32,000 nucleotides of DNA from Nostoc punctiforme PCC 73102 (GTDB lineage: Bacteria > Cyanobacteriota > Cyanobacteriia > Cyanobacteriales > Nostocaceae): NCBI RefSeq assembly GCF_000020025.1, contig NC_010632.1:90001-122000 (forward strand). Direction: 5' to 3'. The stretch's first letter is position 1, and each line of letters starts with the position of its first letter. This document shows, one piece after another, positions 7,746 to 16,339 of the stretch. Made by a program: the position numbers and the translations under genes. The notes below the pieces were generated by a model that worked only from the letters and a program-made list of their open reading frames with translations, was not told the origin of the DNA and made no database searches.

Positions 7746-10700
7746 TTATTCCTGAGCATTACTAATAATTGGAGTAGTCCAGACAACTCTAGATTCAGGG
7801 GAATTACTACCATTAATCTTTATGCCCCAGGCATACCGAGGTTGTGTATGGGCTGTGTAATTGTAAACGATAACCTGATGATGAATAGTTCTACTGATTC
7901 TGCGTCCAAGACTAAAACCAAGGCTAACGGGCCCTGTGTAAAAGATATGCACGACAAGTGATTTATCAAGACGGTTATGCAAATCATCAAGTACCTGTCG
8001 AAAAGCTTGGCAGATTTTGTTTACCTGGCTATAATGACTAATTGCATCAATTCGTCGCTTCCCAATTTGAATCAAAATATCTTCATAGGGCTGAGATAAT
8101 ACATCATCTACATCACTCTTTAAGATGTCAAACGAAATGGCAATTCTGATAGCAACTGCAACAGGATTTTTTACTCGTGAGATAATAACATTTAACTCTA
8201 TCTCTGGACTATCGCTACTTGCAAGTTGATACCAGCAATTTGTATTACGATCTAACTCAAATAAAAACACCTTAGGCCAGGTTGAAAAAGCATAACCTAC
8301 ACAGAACTGAAGTGGAATGTGAACAATACCGTAGTAACCGATTTTTCCTTCTGAGTTAGCTTTGAATAATTTTAAAAAACCATTTATAAATTTGTCATTT
8401 TGTTTTACAGCACTACTAGGATCGCAAATGCCACCTATATAGAAAGATGACTGATCAAACTCTATATGTTGAATTTTATAATCTCGAATGTTATGTGGTA
8501 AATCTTCTTTTGAAATAAGACCAGTTAGCAGTTCAAATGAATGGTGACGAATAGCAAAGAATGTTCGCTGCGAAAACTGGACATTTGAGTTAGATATTAT
8601 TAATTGGTCTTCTTTTTTAAAAGTTCCATATCGCAATTTGATATCGTACCTTGGCACTGGATTATTTTTATCGCTCCAACGAGCATCCGCAGACCAAGCC
8701 CCGTCAGCCTTCTCTTTCTTTCGTGTCTCAACCGTCATCACTCCGCTTTCTGGGTCAAGAGTTAGCAAGTTGTACTGAAGTGGTATACCTGTAACCTGCT
8801 CCTTAGCAGGTGCGCCAAAAGTTCCAGCAGCAATAATTTTGATACCACGTCGTGTATCGTACTGAAAATTCTCGTCTTTTGCTTCATGGATGTGTCCGTG
8901 AATCCCAACTTGGAAATCATTAACTGCTAACTGTTCTAGAAAAGCTGTATTTTTCATTGACTCAGCACCATTAACTGGATGATGCCAGACAGCGATTTTC
9001 AGCCAGCCGTCGTAGTTTCCTGTAAGAATTTGGTCAAGCGCACTGGAGATTGCATTAGGATGAATACCAGCGCGATTTCTATATTCGTGGTCAATCTCCC
9101 AACAGGAATTAAGCCCTAAAAAGAGGATTTTATCTTCAGGACAAAAGTGAATAATTGCTTGCTGGTCATATTCTTGAGGATAAGGTTTATTGTAAATTTT
9201 TTTATAAAAGCGATCGCTAAAATATTCAAACCGTTTTTTATACTCACTCTCATCACAAATTAATGCGCCTGCACTACCTGCATCAATATATTTTCCTTGT
9301 GGTAAGGGATTAGGTAGTTTGCGCTTCGGAACGAAAGTATAAGCAGTTTCTGATAATTCCCAGTTGAGGTCATGGTTTCCAGGAACTATAACAATCCGGC
9401 TAGGGTCAAGCCCGTAGCGTTTGACCAGTTTATCAACCAGTTCAAAAGCTGCATCGTATTCCTCTTGTGTTGAACGATTGGCGATATCGCCGGAAATTAC
9501 CAAGTAGTTAAGCTGTTTTACATTAAGATTTTGGGTCAGGTCGGTAGCCAATTGCGTAAAGTAGCGTTGTGCTTGCGCTGTAGTCACTAAATGAATATCG
9601 GATAGATGGAGAATGCGTATTTGCTTGTCTGCATTGTTCATGTATATTTCTTTATCATGGTAGAATGCGTTAACTTCTTCTTCAGTGCGTTTTTCTACTG
9701 TAGTCCTTAGTTCCTGTTGTTTTTCAGGTAACAATTCAGGTGGCAGTTTGTCTATTGCAGATGCGGCAATCTTACGCACATCAGTATCTTTATCATTTAA
9801 AGTCTTGATGATTTCTTGTATTGAGATATTGTCCTGAGATAATTCTTGATAAGACGGCTCTAACTCTTTCGCTAACTCTGTATACTTTCCACCCAAACGC
9901 CTCAAAACCTTCGCTGTAATTTGAGCAAAAGGACGAATAAAAATACTACTACTTGAACTATCTACAGCCAACGCTGGATTCACTAACATTGCTGTGAATT
10001 CATCAACAGATAATCCAGCCCGTTGCGCCAAATACTCCGAAAGCCTACGCAATACCTCAGTTGATTCTGTTAGCGGAACTGCATCAAGCAGCAAATCTCG
10101 TATACCCTCAATAAAATCAAATTGAATTTTATCGGTATCTACATTATCATTGACTAGCGATAAAGGTTTTAAGATGCCAGCTAACAATACCTCAGCTACA
10201 TGAACTTGGCTCGACTTCTGTAGCATTGTCTGCTGTATCAATCTTACAATTGGTAAACTAATTGGGACAGCAGCCAAAAGTCCTGCCAGTTTCCTTGCCA
10301 TTGGCGAAGCAGTGAGGCGAAAGCGTTGCAAACGTTGTTTGGCTGTAAGCTCGATGTTGGAATTTTCTGTTGATTCGCTACTAACATCAAGTATTTCTCC
10401 ATCCAGTGCAAGCAAAAAACCTTTGGTTTGCACCTCTCCCGCACCTGCAACCATCCGCGTCCAATTTTTCAGCGATTCTGGTTCTAGCGTCACTACAGGG
10501 ATTTTTAGCTTGTTTACAACATCGCTTTCATTAAGCAAATCCAACGCTGTCATGATTAACTGTTGGTTGGGGACTCCAGGAGCCAAACTGCGTAGTAAAA
10601 TTGACTCGGCAAGACCCAAAGTGCTTCTTTCCCACAGCCACTCAGGTAATACTTGAATTATCGTTGTTGGGCTAGTATTAGCCCAAGCTGCTAAAGTTTT

Positions 10701-11459
10701 GGTAACAGCACCGTTATACCAAGCTGGGGAAACGCAATCGCTGATAATTATAAACAGCCGCCGACCGTTGGGATCAATTAGTTCTCTGGGGTTGTGTAAC
10801 CTTTTTTGCCGAGATAGGTTGCCAGTTCTGGGACGCAGCCAAACTTTGCTATCTTTATCGGTAAATAATCCCCAAGTTCGCACGTCTCGAAAAGCACCAT
10901 GTCTTTCCAGTAGTTGCTTAAATTCCTTAATGGTTTGCTGCCAGAGGAACATCGATGTTCCCTCGTCTATCACCAAAGCCACTTCTAGCCAGCGATCGCG
11001 TGCGGGACACATTACGGGTAATAAAAGCTTTTCTTCAGCAATGCGTTCTGCGGTAGCGATTTCGTCGAGGATAAATTCATTTCTGGAGGGAACTCGACGT
11101 TTTAAAGGTTTGAGGGAGCGGGATATTTCTAATTTGTTTCGTAATGCTTGAGCGGTAGGAACTTTAATGGGTAAACCGCTTGAGGTTTCGTTGTTATCCT
11201 GCGAAGATTGAGGATATACATTAGCATTAGCTTCAGTTTTATTGATAGATTTTGAGAAATTTATATTTTGCTCTAACGGTAATTGGGGTGAAGCTGAGAC
11301 TGTTTTTTGAGTAGATGCAGAGTTTTGTTGTTGCGTTTCAGATACAGATGAGGACTGAGAGCTACGCATTTGCACAGCCAACCAGAGGATATCTGCAATT
11401 TCGGTATCGGTTAAATCAAACCCCAGGTTTTGAAAAGCACCAATTACCCTTTCAATCAT
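7746..11459 (-). CDS. Multidomain vWA protein: SAV_2336-type N-terminal domain + vWA + helical region + HEAT-like repeat + calcineurin-like metallophosphoesterase + SAVED nucleotide-sensor domain
   Basis: 1237-aa ORF.
- aa 1-31: [31 protein letters not shown], the N-terminal domain typical of vWA partners of MoxR in ternary conflict systems.
- aa ~35-100: S/Q-rich linker.
- aa ~155-285: vWA, with [13 protein letters not shown] as the MIDAS region and LFIIISDC.
- aa ~545-580: HEAT-like ([17 protein letters not shown]).
- aa ~613-905: all five phosphoesterase motifs ([37 protein letters not shown]).
- aa ~995-1215: SAVED-like ([16 protein letters not shown]...[21 protein letters not shown]...VIVYNY...YAWG). 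Confidence 0.8.
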   Translation of the reverse strand: MIERVIGAFQNLGFDLTDTEIADILWLAVQMRSSQSSSVSETQQQNSASTQKTVSASPQLPLEQNINFSKSINKTEANANVYPQSSQDNNETSSGLPIKVPTAQALRNKLEISRSLKPLKRRVPSRNEFILDEIATAERIAEEKLLLPVMCPARDRWLEVALVIDEGTSMFLWQQTIKEFKQLLERHGAFRDVRTWGLFTDKDSKVWLRPRTGNLSRQKRLHNPRELIDPNGRRLFIIISDCVSPAWYNGAVTKTLAAWANTSPTTIIQVLPEWLWERSTLGLAESILLRSLAPGVPNQQLIMTALDLLNESDVVNKLKIPVVTLEPESLKNWTRMVAGAGEVQTKGFLLALDGEILDVSSESTENSNIELTAKQRLQRFRLTASPMARKLAGLLAAVPISLPIVRLIQQTMLQKSSQVHVAEVLLAGILKPLSLVNDNVDTDKIQFDFIEGIRDLLLDAVPLTESTEVLRRLSEYLAQRAGLSVDEFTAMLVNPALAVDSSSSSIFIRPFAQITAKVLRRLGGKYTELAKELEPSYQELSQDNISIQEIIKTLNDKDTDVRKIAASAIDKLPPELLPEKQQELRTTVEKRTEEEVNAFYHDKEIYMNNADKQIRILHLSDIHLVTTAQAQRYFTQLATDLTQNLNVKQLNYLVISGDIANRSTQEEYDAAFELVDKLVKRYGLDPSRIVIVPGNHDLNWELSETAYTFVPKRKLPNPLPQGKYIDAGSAGALICDESEYKKRFEYFSDRFYKKIYNKPYPQEYDQQAIIHFCPEDKILFLGLNSCWEIDHEYRNRAGIHPNAISSALDQILTGNYDGWLKIAVWHHPVNGAESMKNTAFLEQLAVNDFQVGIHGHIHEAKDENFQYDTRRGIKIIAAGTFGAPAKEQVTGIPLQYNLLTLDPESGVMTVETRKKEKADGAWSADARWSDKNNPVPRYDIKLRYGTFKKEDQLIISNSNVQFSQRTFFAIRHHSFELLTGLISKEDLPHNIRDYKIQHIEFDQSSFYIGGICDPSSAVKQNDKFINGFLKLFKANSEGKIGYYGIVHIPLQFCVGYAFSTWPKVFLFELDRNTNCWYQLASSDSPEIELNVIISRVKNPVAVAIRIAISFDILKSDVDDVLSQPYEDILIQIGKRRIDAISHYSQVNKICQAFRQVLDDLHNRLDKSLVVHIFYTGPVSLGFSLGRRISRTIHHQVIVYNYTAHTQPRYAWGIKINGSNSPESRVVWTTPIISNAQE

Positions 11460-12406
11460 ATATCCTCTGCGCTTGTGAGATATTTCATTAGTGCATTGAG
11501 GAGTCGTTCTTTATCATCCCCGGCAGGACTCCTTTCACGGGTTACTAAATAAATAGCATTAAGCAACTGATCTGTTGCTAAATCGCCTGCATCGCTTCTG
11601 TCTCGACGCTTTACAAATTCACTAATTAAGACCTCTGCTTCTGACATTATCTCTTCCCCTAAATGTGCTTGCACAATTCTTTTTAATGCTGCTTCATCGG
11701 GGTTTTCCATTGTCAAGCGCAGACACCTCCGTAAAAATGCTGGAGGAAATTCCCTTTCTCCATTGCTAGTTAATAGCACAAAAGGAAATTGAGTACAACG
11801 CACCCGTCCTTTATTGATAGTGGCAACATTACCATCATAAGTGCGTACTTGTACCGTCTGGTATTCTTGGGGTAATCTGGCTAATTCGGGTATTTCAAAT
11901 TCACCTTCCTCAAATATATTGAGTAAATCATTCGGTAAATCAATGTCACTTTTATCAATTTCATCGATTAGCAAAACATGAGGATGAGATGATGGTAAAA
12001 GTGCTGTTCCCAAAGGGCCAAGTTGAATATATTTACCAATATTTTTGGTATTATCCTTGCCTTGAGAATCTTGTAGACGAGCGATCGCATCATAGCGGTA
12101 AAGCCCTTCTTGCAGAGTTGAGCGGGTGGTGATGGGCCATTGCAGTACAGAACCTAGTTGGAGTTCGTCAGCAACTTTGTAAGCAAGAGAGGTTTTACCA
12201 GTCCCCGGTTTTCCAGTCACCAGCAAAGGACGGCGCAGGTAAAGTGCTGCATTTACAAGCTCAATTTCATTACGACGAACTTGAAAGGTTTGTCCACGCT
12301 CCTTCTCCTTGGCATCCCCAAACTCACGCCATTTTGGTGGTTTTGGAAGATTCTTGATTCCATCATGTGGTGAGTCTGTACCTTGGAAAATCAGCCAATC
12401 GCTCAT
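11456..12406 (-). CDS. MoxR-family AAA+ ATPase (vWA-MoxR-VMAP system ATPase)
   Basis: 316-aa ORF. Motifs: Walker A GKPGTGKT, Walker B LLIDEIDK, sensor-1 LLTSN, Arg finger region PPAFLRRC, and an N-terminal [10 protein letters not shown] motif. An AGGAG sits 6 nt upstream of the ATG. The stop overlaps the next gene's start by 4 nt (ATGA). Confidence 0.85.
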   Translation of the reverse strand: MSDWLIFQGTDSPHDGIKNLPKPPKWREFGDAKEKERGQTFQVRRNEIELVNAALYLRRPLLVTGKPGTGKTSLAYKVADELQLGSVLQWPITTRSTLQEGLYRYDAIARLQDSQGKDNTKNIGKYIQLGPLGTALLPSSHPHVLLIDEIDKSDIDLPNDLLNIFEEGEFEIPELARLPQEYQTVQVRTYDGNVATINKGRVRCTQFPFVLLTSNGEREFPPAFLRRCLRLTMENPDEAALKRIVQAHLGEEIMSEAEVLISEFVKRRDRSDAGDLATDQLLNAIYLVTRERSPAGDDKERLLNALMKYLTSAEDI

Positions 12407-12420
12407 TGCTTACTCCTAAA

Positions 12421-13641
12421 TTATGATGAAGAAAACTTCAATGCTGGGTTTGGCGGTATTCGATTGGGGTCATCCCACCATAAGACTAAATGATTACCCA
12501 AGTGCATTTCATGGTCAGATCCTAAACGACGTTGTTCTCTAACGCAGGTGGACAGTTCGTGCAATGGTTTTTTTAGTAACGCATCAAAGTGTTCAGGATT
12601 TTTGAGACTGTTTAGCTCACAACGTGACCAAATTATAATCGGTGTCCCAGCACTGTGGATTGCACTAAGTAGACCACTTCGCTCTGAGTCTGATAAATCA
12701 CAGCAGATTTTAAGAATAATTTTCTCAAATAGCATATCTCTCAATTTTTTGGGATCAAAACGAGCTTGAGAAACTGTTATAGCCTGCTCATAACAGGGAG
12801 GAGCTTGCCAAGTTAGTCGAACATTTTCCCAATTTCTGCGCCAATATGAACTTTGCTGTGTGCGTAATTTTTTCAGTCGATCGTAGGAACGCACTACAAC
12901 CCGAAAATCCTTACCAATAGTGATATTACAATCTTCGTCATCCTTATATTCCCATTTTTCCACCTCATCACATAGGTGATCGCGCGGTAGAAAAATTTCA
13001 ATAGTTAACTCTGTCGGTTGTCCTTGCAAGTATTCCTCAAAACATTGCTGGAGCAATTTACTGAGCAATATTGGTAATTTCTCCGGCACAAGTATAATTT
13101 CTGGCTGTTGCTCGTCAACAGTTAGAGGTTTAAAACGTTCCCAAGTATCTTCAATTGTATCGTCAGGAATAAACCAAGCTTTGACATATAATTCTCTGCT
13201 TCCTTCTGGTCGAAGTTGAATGAGCAGATAGGAATGCAGTGATTGTACGGATGTAGTTTTACTACTAGCTTCAAAAGATTCATTAGTTAATATCTGTTTG
13301 AGTTTTTGGCGGATAGTTTGAGGAATATTGTTGTCTTGAGTTAGCAAACAAATAAATTTTAATAAAGCAGAATTATTAGGGTTTGAGTAAGGAATTTCTT
13401 CTAATTGCTCAAGTACATCATTAACGTCTTTAGGTTTGTCTCTCCAGTCGAACCATCCATCAGGAGCGATTTTAGAGAAAGCTTTATTTATCGCATCATC
13501 ATCTGAAATATTTAAAAATAAAAGATTTATTTGGTTTTTAATATTTTGTTGTGTAATATCTCTTGTGGTTAAGTTTCCGCCCACTAGTAAATCTTTTAAA
13601 ATGTCTTGTTGGCTTTCTAAACTTAGTTTTTTCTCGCTCAT
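12421..13641 (-). CDS. VMAP (vWA-MoxR-associated protein) with VMAP-C-like C-terminal domain; no recognisable effector domain
   Basis: 406-aa ORF and the first gene of the operon. C-terminal half: LLIQLRPEG..YVKAWFIPDD, LTIEIFLPRDHLCDEVEKWEY, FRVVVRSYDRL, GTPIIIWSR. It ends in LGNHLVLWWDDPNRIPP, which matches the hallmark G-x-HL-x-LLWDDP-x-R-x-P ending I recall for VMAP-C. Confidence 0.65.
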   Translation of the reverse strand: MSEKKLSLESQQDILKDLLVGGNLTTRDITQQNIKNQINLLFLNISDDDAINKAFSKIAPDGWFDWRDKPKDVNDVLEQLEEIPYSNPNNSALLKFICLLTQDNNIPQTIRQKLKQILTNESFEASSKTTSVQSLHSYLLIQLRPEGSRELYVKAWFIPDDTIEDTWERFKPLTVDEQQPEIILVPEKLPILLSKLLQQCFEEYLQGQPTELTIEIFLPRDHLCDEVEKWEYKDDEDCNITIGKDFRVVVRSYDRLKKLRTQQSSYWRRNWENVRLTWQAPPCYEQAITVSQARFDPKKLRDMLFEKIILKICCDLSDSERSGLLSAIHSAGTPIIIWSRCELNSLKNPEHFDALLKKPLHELSTCVREQRRLGSDHEMHLGNHLVLWWDDPNRIPPNPALKFSSS

Positions 13642-13889
13642 TGTTGATAAGCTATTTATAGGTGATTAAATAGTTTGATTGGGATTAGGCTTAGGCAGAT
13701 TGCTCATACTTTATCGGGTTTATGTAAAATTTTTGTAACTAATAGTAAATCTAGATGAAATTATAATTATGAAAATAGACAATCGTATTTTTTACTAAAA
13801 CACTATTTTATCCGACATTTTCTCAAAAAAAGCTATATTTTAAATACTTGAAATTTTATACTTATTTATTTGTAAATGGAGAATAAAAC

Positions 13890-14375
13890 ATGATTGACCC
13901 AGTATCCCTTGTTGCTGGAGTAGTGACAACTGTTCTTCTGCCAAAAGCTTTAGAGAAAGTAGGCGAGAAAATTGGCGAGACTGCCTGGGATAAAAGTGCA
14001 GAAGCTATCCAGAATGTACGTGAAACAGTCCAAGCGAAGTTGCAAACTGCCGGGACTACTGGATTGCTAACACGAGCAGAAACCAACCCAAATGAAGTAA
14101 ATACGCAGGTCTTGCAAGCGGAAATTGTAACTCAGATGCAGGAAGACCAAGATTTTGCAACGAAGTTACAAGAGCTAGTTAAGCAAATGCAATCCCAATC
14201 TCCGACTGTACAAGTAATTCTGAAGGAGCTTCGAGTTAGGGGTAAGGTCGAAATTGGTAATATTAAACAAATCAATGAGGGGCAAAGCAATGCTCAACAG
14301 AAGTTTGGTAAGAATTGGCAAGTAGGCGGAGATGTTAAAGTTGGGGATGTAACCCAGGAAAACCGAAGTGTCTAA
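13890..14375 (+). CDS. Hypothetical small protein (hydrophobic N-terminus, Q/E-rich helical middle, G/V-rich repeat tail)
   Basis: 161-aa ORF with GGAG 8 nt upstream of the ATG. It is transcribed divergently from the VMAP operon across a 248-bp AT-rich spacer. No family was recognised. Confidence 0.6.
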   Translation: MIDPVSLVAGVVTTVLLPKALEKVGEKIGETAWDKSAEAIQNVRETVQAKLQTAGTTGLLTRAETNPNEVNTQVLQAEIVTQMQEDQDFATKLQELVKQMQSQSPTVQVILKELRVRGKVEIGNIKQINEGQSNAQQKFGKNWQVGGDVKVGDVTQENRSV

Positions 14376-14732
14376 TGATCAGTCGGGAGAAAATCAACAG
14401 CCGAACCTTAGTACATTGTTACAAAACCGAATGGCACGCCCCTTAAAGCTAAATCGACTATAAGACCTATGGGTGTGGGGTTTAGTAATAAAGGAATTTA
14501 TTAAGGTTGCACTTAATTTTGGCTTTTCTGATTTTTTTCCTACACCCTGCACCCAACCGTCTAAACTTAGCTACAGCAAGAGTTTCACATTTTCAAGCGG
14601 GATATACCTTTTCGCCTGCAACCCTGCCCAAACCTTTGATGCCGCAAGGTGTTTATCACCACTGCTAAATCTGGAAATTAAAACTCCTAAAGGCTTTCAG
14701 TGATTGGCCTCTCCCAAAGTTACAGAAGAGGG

Positions 14733-15083
14733 CTAATCGCTAATCCCATATTCCCGCTCAATCAAACCCAACAACTTCTCCTCTACTGTAGTCAAATAAG
14801 GTCGCTTCAACTCACCCAGGTACTTCAACATAGTACTTGGTGCATCTTCTAAGCTTTCATTTTCCCGTAACCGACCAATGCGATCGCAAATCACTCGCAT
14901 CTGCTCACACTCGGCAGGCAAGTAGTTGTACGACTTCAGGTATTGCAACCCAACTGTATACTCACCATCCCAGGTTTTGACGGTGCAGCTAAATTCATCC
15001 ACATGGTTGACTATGCCCCAGCAGCCGCCTTTATTTCTGAGTTCGGGATTATCTTTGGCAAGAATCTGACAGACTTCGCACAG
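14733..15083 (-). pseudogene. 5'-truncated paralogous copy of the 3' end of the 16340..17293 gene
   Basis: The frame is open only from 15083. Its translation, EVCQILAKDNPELRNKGGCWGIVNHVDEFSCTVKTWDGEYTVGLQYLKSYNYLPAECEQMRVICDRI..., is collinear with the last 115 aa of the 317-aa protein. The homologous segments are both 345 nt long (14733-15077 vs 16340-16684). Homology ends abruptly at ~15078, with a stop at 15084-15086. Confidence 0.6.
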
Positions 15084-15230
15084 TTAATAAAGCATAGGTG
15101 ATACCAAGACAAAGTAATACATTTTTCTGTAATTTACTTTGTATTATATAAGTAGCATAAGGAAAACTCTTATTCTTTCGTAACAAACCTGTGCCAGCTT
15201 TTACTTGATCGCGCTAAAAGGAGAGTGGTG

Positions 15231-15770
15231 ATGAAAAAAGTAGCAGTGTTTGGCAATACTGGAGGCGGTAAATCAACTTTAAGCAAGAGATTATCCCAAG
15301 TCACTGGTTTACCACTTCACGTCTTGGACAAGATTCAATTTGAATCAGGAGGAACCCAGGTTCCAGATGAAGACTTTTTAAGCGCCCATCATCAAATTTT
15401 AGCTACTGAGCGATGGATTATTGACGGGTTTGGTTGTATGGAAACCCTCTGGTTACGGCTGGACAAGGCGGATACTCTAGTTTTTGTGGATCTCCCGCTA
15501 TATCTGCATGGATGGTGGGTCACTAAACGACTAATCACTGGTTATTTTAAACCCCCAGATGGCTGGCCTTCTAATAGTCCAATTTTGAGGAGTTCCCTTA
15601 ATAGCTACCGTGTGCTTTGGTTATGTCACAAATATTTGACCCCAAAATATCGTGAGTATATCAAACAAGCTCAAAGCATCAAGAGTGTTTATCACATTCG
15701 CTCGACTAAAGAAATTTCACAATTTTTTGGATTAATTGAGCGTCAGACTAACTTAAAAGATGGTGTATAA
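15231..15770 (+). CDS. P-loop NTPase, adenylate-kinase / topology-modulation (FlaR)-like
   Basis: Walker A FGNTGGGKST sits at the N-terminus, followed by WIIDGFG and LVFVDLP strands. The ATG at 15231 is preceded by AAAGGAGAG. The ORF track instead starts at the GTG at 15225. Confidence 0.75.
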   Translation: MKKVAVFGNTGGGKSTLSKRLSQVTGLPLHVLDKIQFESGGTQVPDEDFLSAHHQILATERWIIDGFGCMETLWLRLDKADTLVFVDLPLYLHGWWVTKRLITGYFKPPDGWPSNSPILRSSLNSYRVLWLCHKYLTPKYREYIKQAQSIKSVYHIRSTKEISQFFGLIERQTNLKDGV

Positions 15771-15773
15771 ATC

Positions 15774-16295
15774 ATGGAAATCCGATTTTTAAACACCCAG
15801 GATGTCGTCGTTTACCGCGAACTACGTCTGCAAGCATTAAAAGACTCACCCACGGCTTTTGGTTCCAGTTATGAGGAGGAATCGTGTTTTTCTTTGCCCG
15901 ACTTTGCTGCCAGACTTCGCCCTCACAATGATCCTGCCAACAGTATTTTCGGTGCTTTTGGCAACACAGACAAACTTATTGGTATGCTCGGCTTCTCACG
16001 TGAGAACCGTTTGAAGCGTTTTCACATTGGTTCTCTGTGGAGTATGTATGTTTTGCCTGAGAATAGAGGGCAAGGCGTTGGAGCCGCGCTTCTTGATCGG
16101 GTATTATCCCATGCTCGATGCCTTAGTGGTCTGCGACAGATTTCCCTCACGGTCACTACAAACAATTTACCAGCCTGCTCTCTTTATCAGTCACGGGGTT
16201 TTGAGCGTTTTGGCAAAGAGCATAATGCTTTGTTTATTAATGGTACATATTTCGATGAGGAGCATCTGGTACTATACTTCAACCATGATGTCTAA
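15774..16295 (+). CDS. GNAT-family N-acetyltransferase
   Basis: 173-aa ORF that starts 3 nt after the preceding stop. The acetyl-CoA motif A is VLPENRGQGVGAALLDRVLSHAR, and there is a C-terminal YQSRGFERFG motif. Confidence 0.85.
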   Translation: MEIRFLNTQDVVVYRELRLQALKDSPTAFGSSYEEESCFSLPDFAARLRPHNDPANSIFGAFGNTDKLIGMLGFSRENRLKRFHIGSLWSMYVLPENRGQGVGAALLDRVLSHARCLSGLRQISLTVTTNNLPACSLYQSRGFERFGKEHNALFINGTYFDEEHLVLYFNHDV

Positions 16296-16339
16296 GGGGA
16301 GCTTATTGCACACTGACTCTACAAAAATAGACATGGTTC

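Noticed and set aside
10244-11151. ORFs of 68-150 aa within or antisense to the vWA gene (10244..10450, 10312..10656, 10699..11151), and 12158..12373, 12548..12769 and 13436..13669 in the MoxR/VMAP genes
   Set aside because: These are Ser/Arg/Leu-rich antisense translations typical of shadow ORFs. The sense-strand genes carry clear domain motifs and are tightly coupled.
6336-13641. Classifying the operon as a standard CBASS type II or III locus
   Set aside because: No E1/E2/JAB (Cap2/Cap3) or HORMA/TRIP13 genes are present. The AAA+ protein has MoxR motifs and is partnered with vWA and VMAP-C proteins, so the standard classes do not fit.
13862-14086. 74-aa antisense ORF overlapping the start of the 161-aa gene
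   Set aside because: It lies opposite an ORF that has a good RBS, and it has no RBS of its own. It is most likely a shadow ORF.
14473-14703. 76-aa ORF in the 357-bp gap after the small divergent gene. I also considered a lone CRISPR-like repeat (GTTTCAC...GGAAATTAAAAC) and a MITE (GGGTGTGGGG / CCTACACCC arms) here.
   Set aside because: The ORF has no RBS and an implausible composition. No repeat-spacer periodicity exists, so it is not a CRISPR array. The inverted arms are short and imperfect. The region remains unexplained non-coding DNA at the island/mobile-element junction.
15231-16295. Reading the P-loop NTPase + GNAT pair as a GNAT-type toxin-antitoxin system
   Set aside because: Known GNAT toxins pair with small RHH/DUF1778 antitoxins, not with a 180-aa adenylate-kinase-like protein. 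Nothing in the sequence supports a TA relationship.
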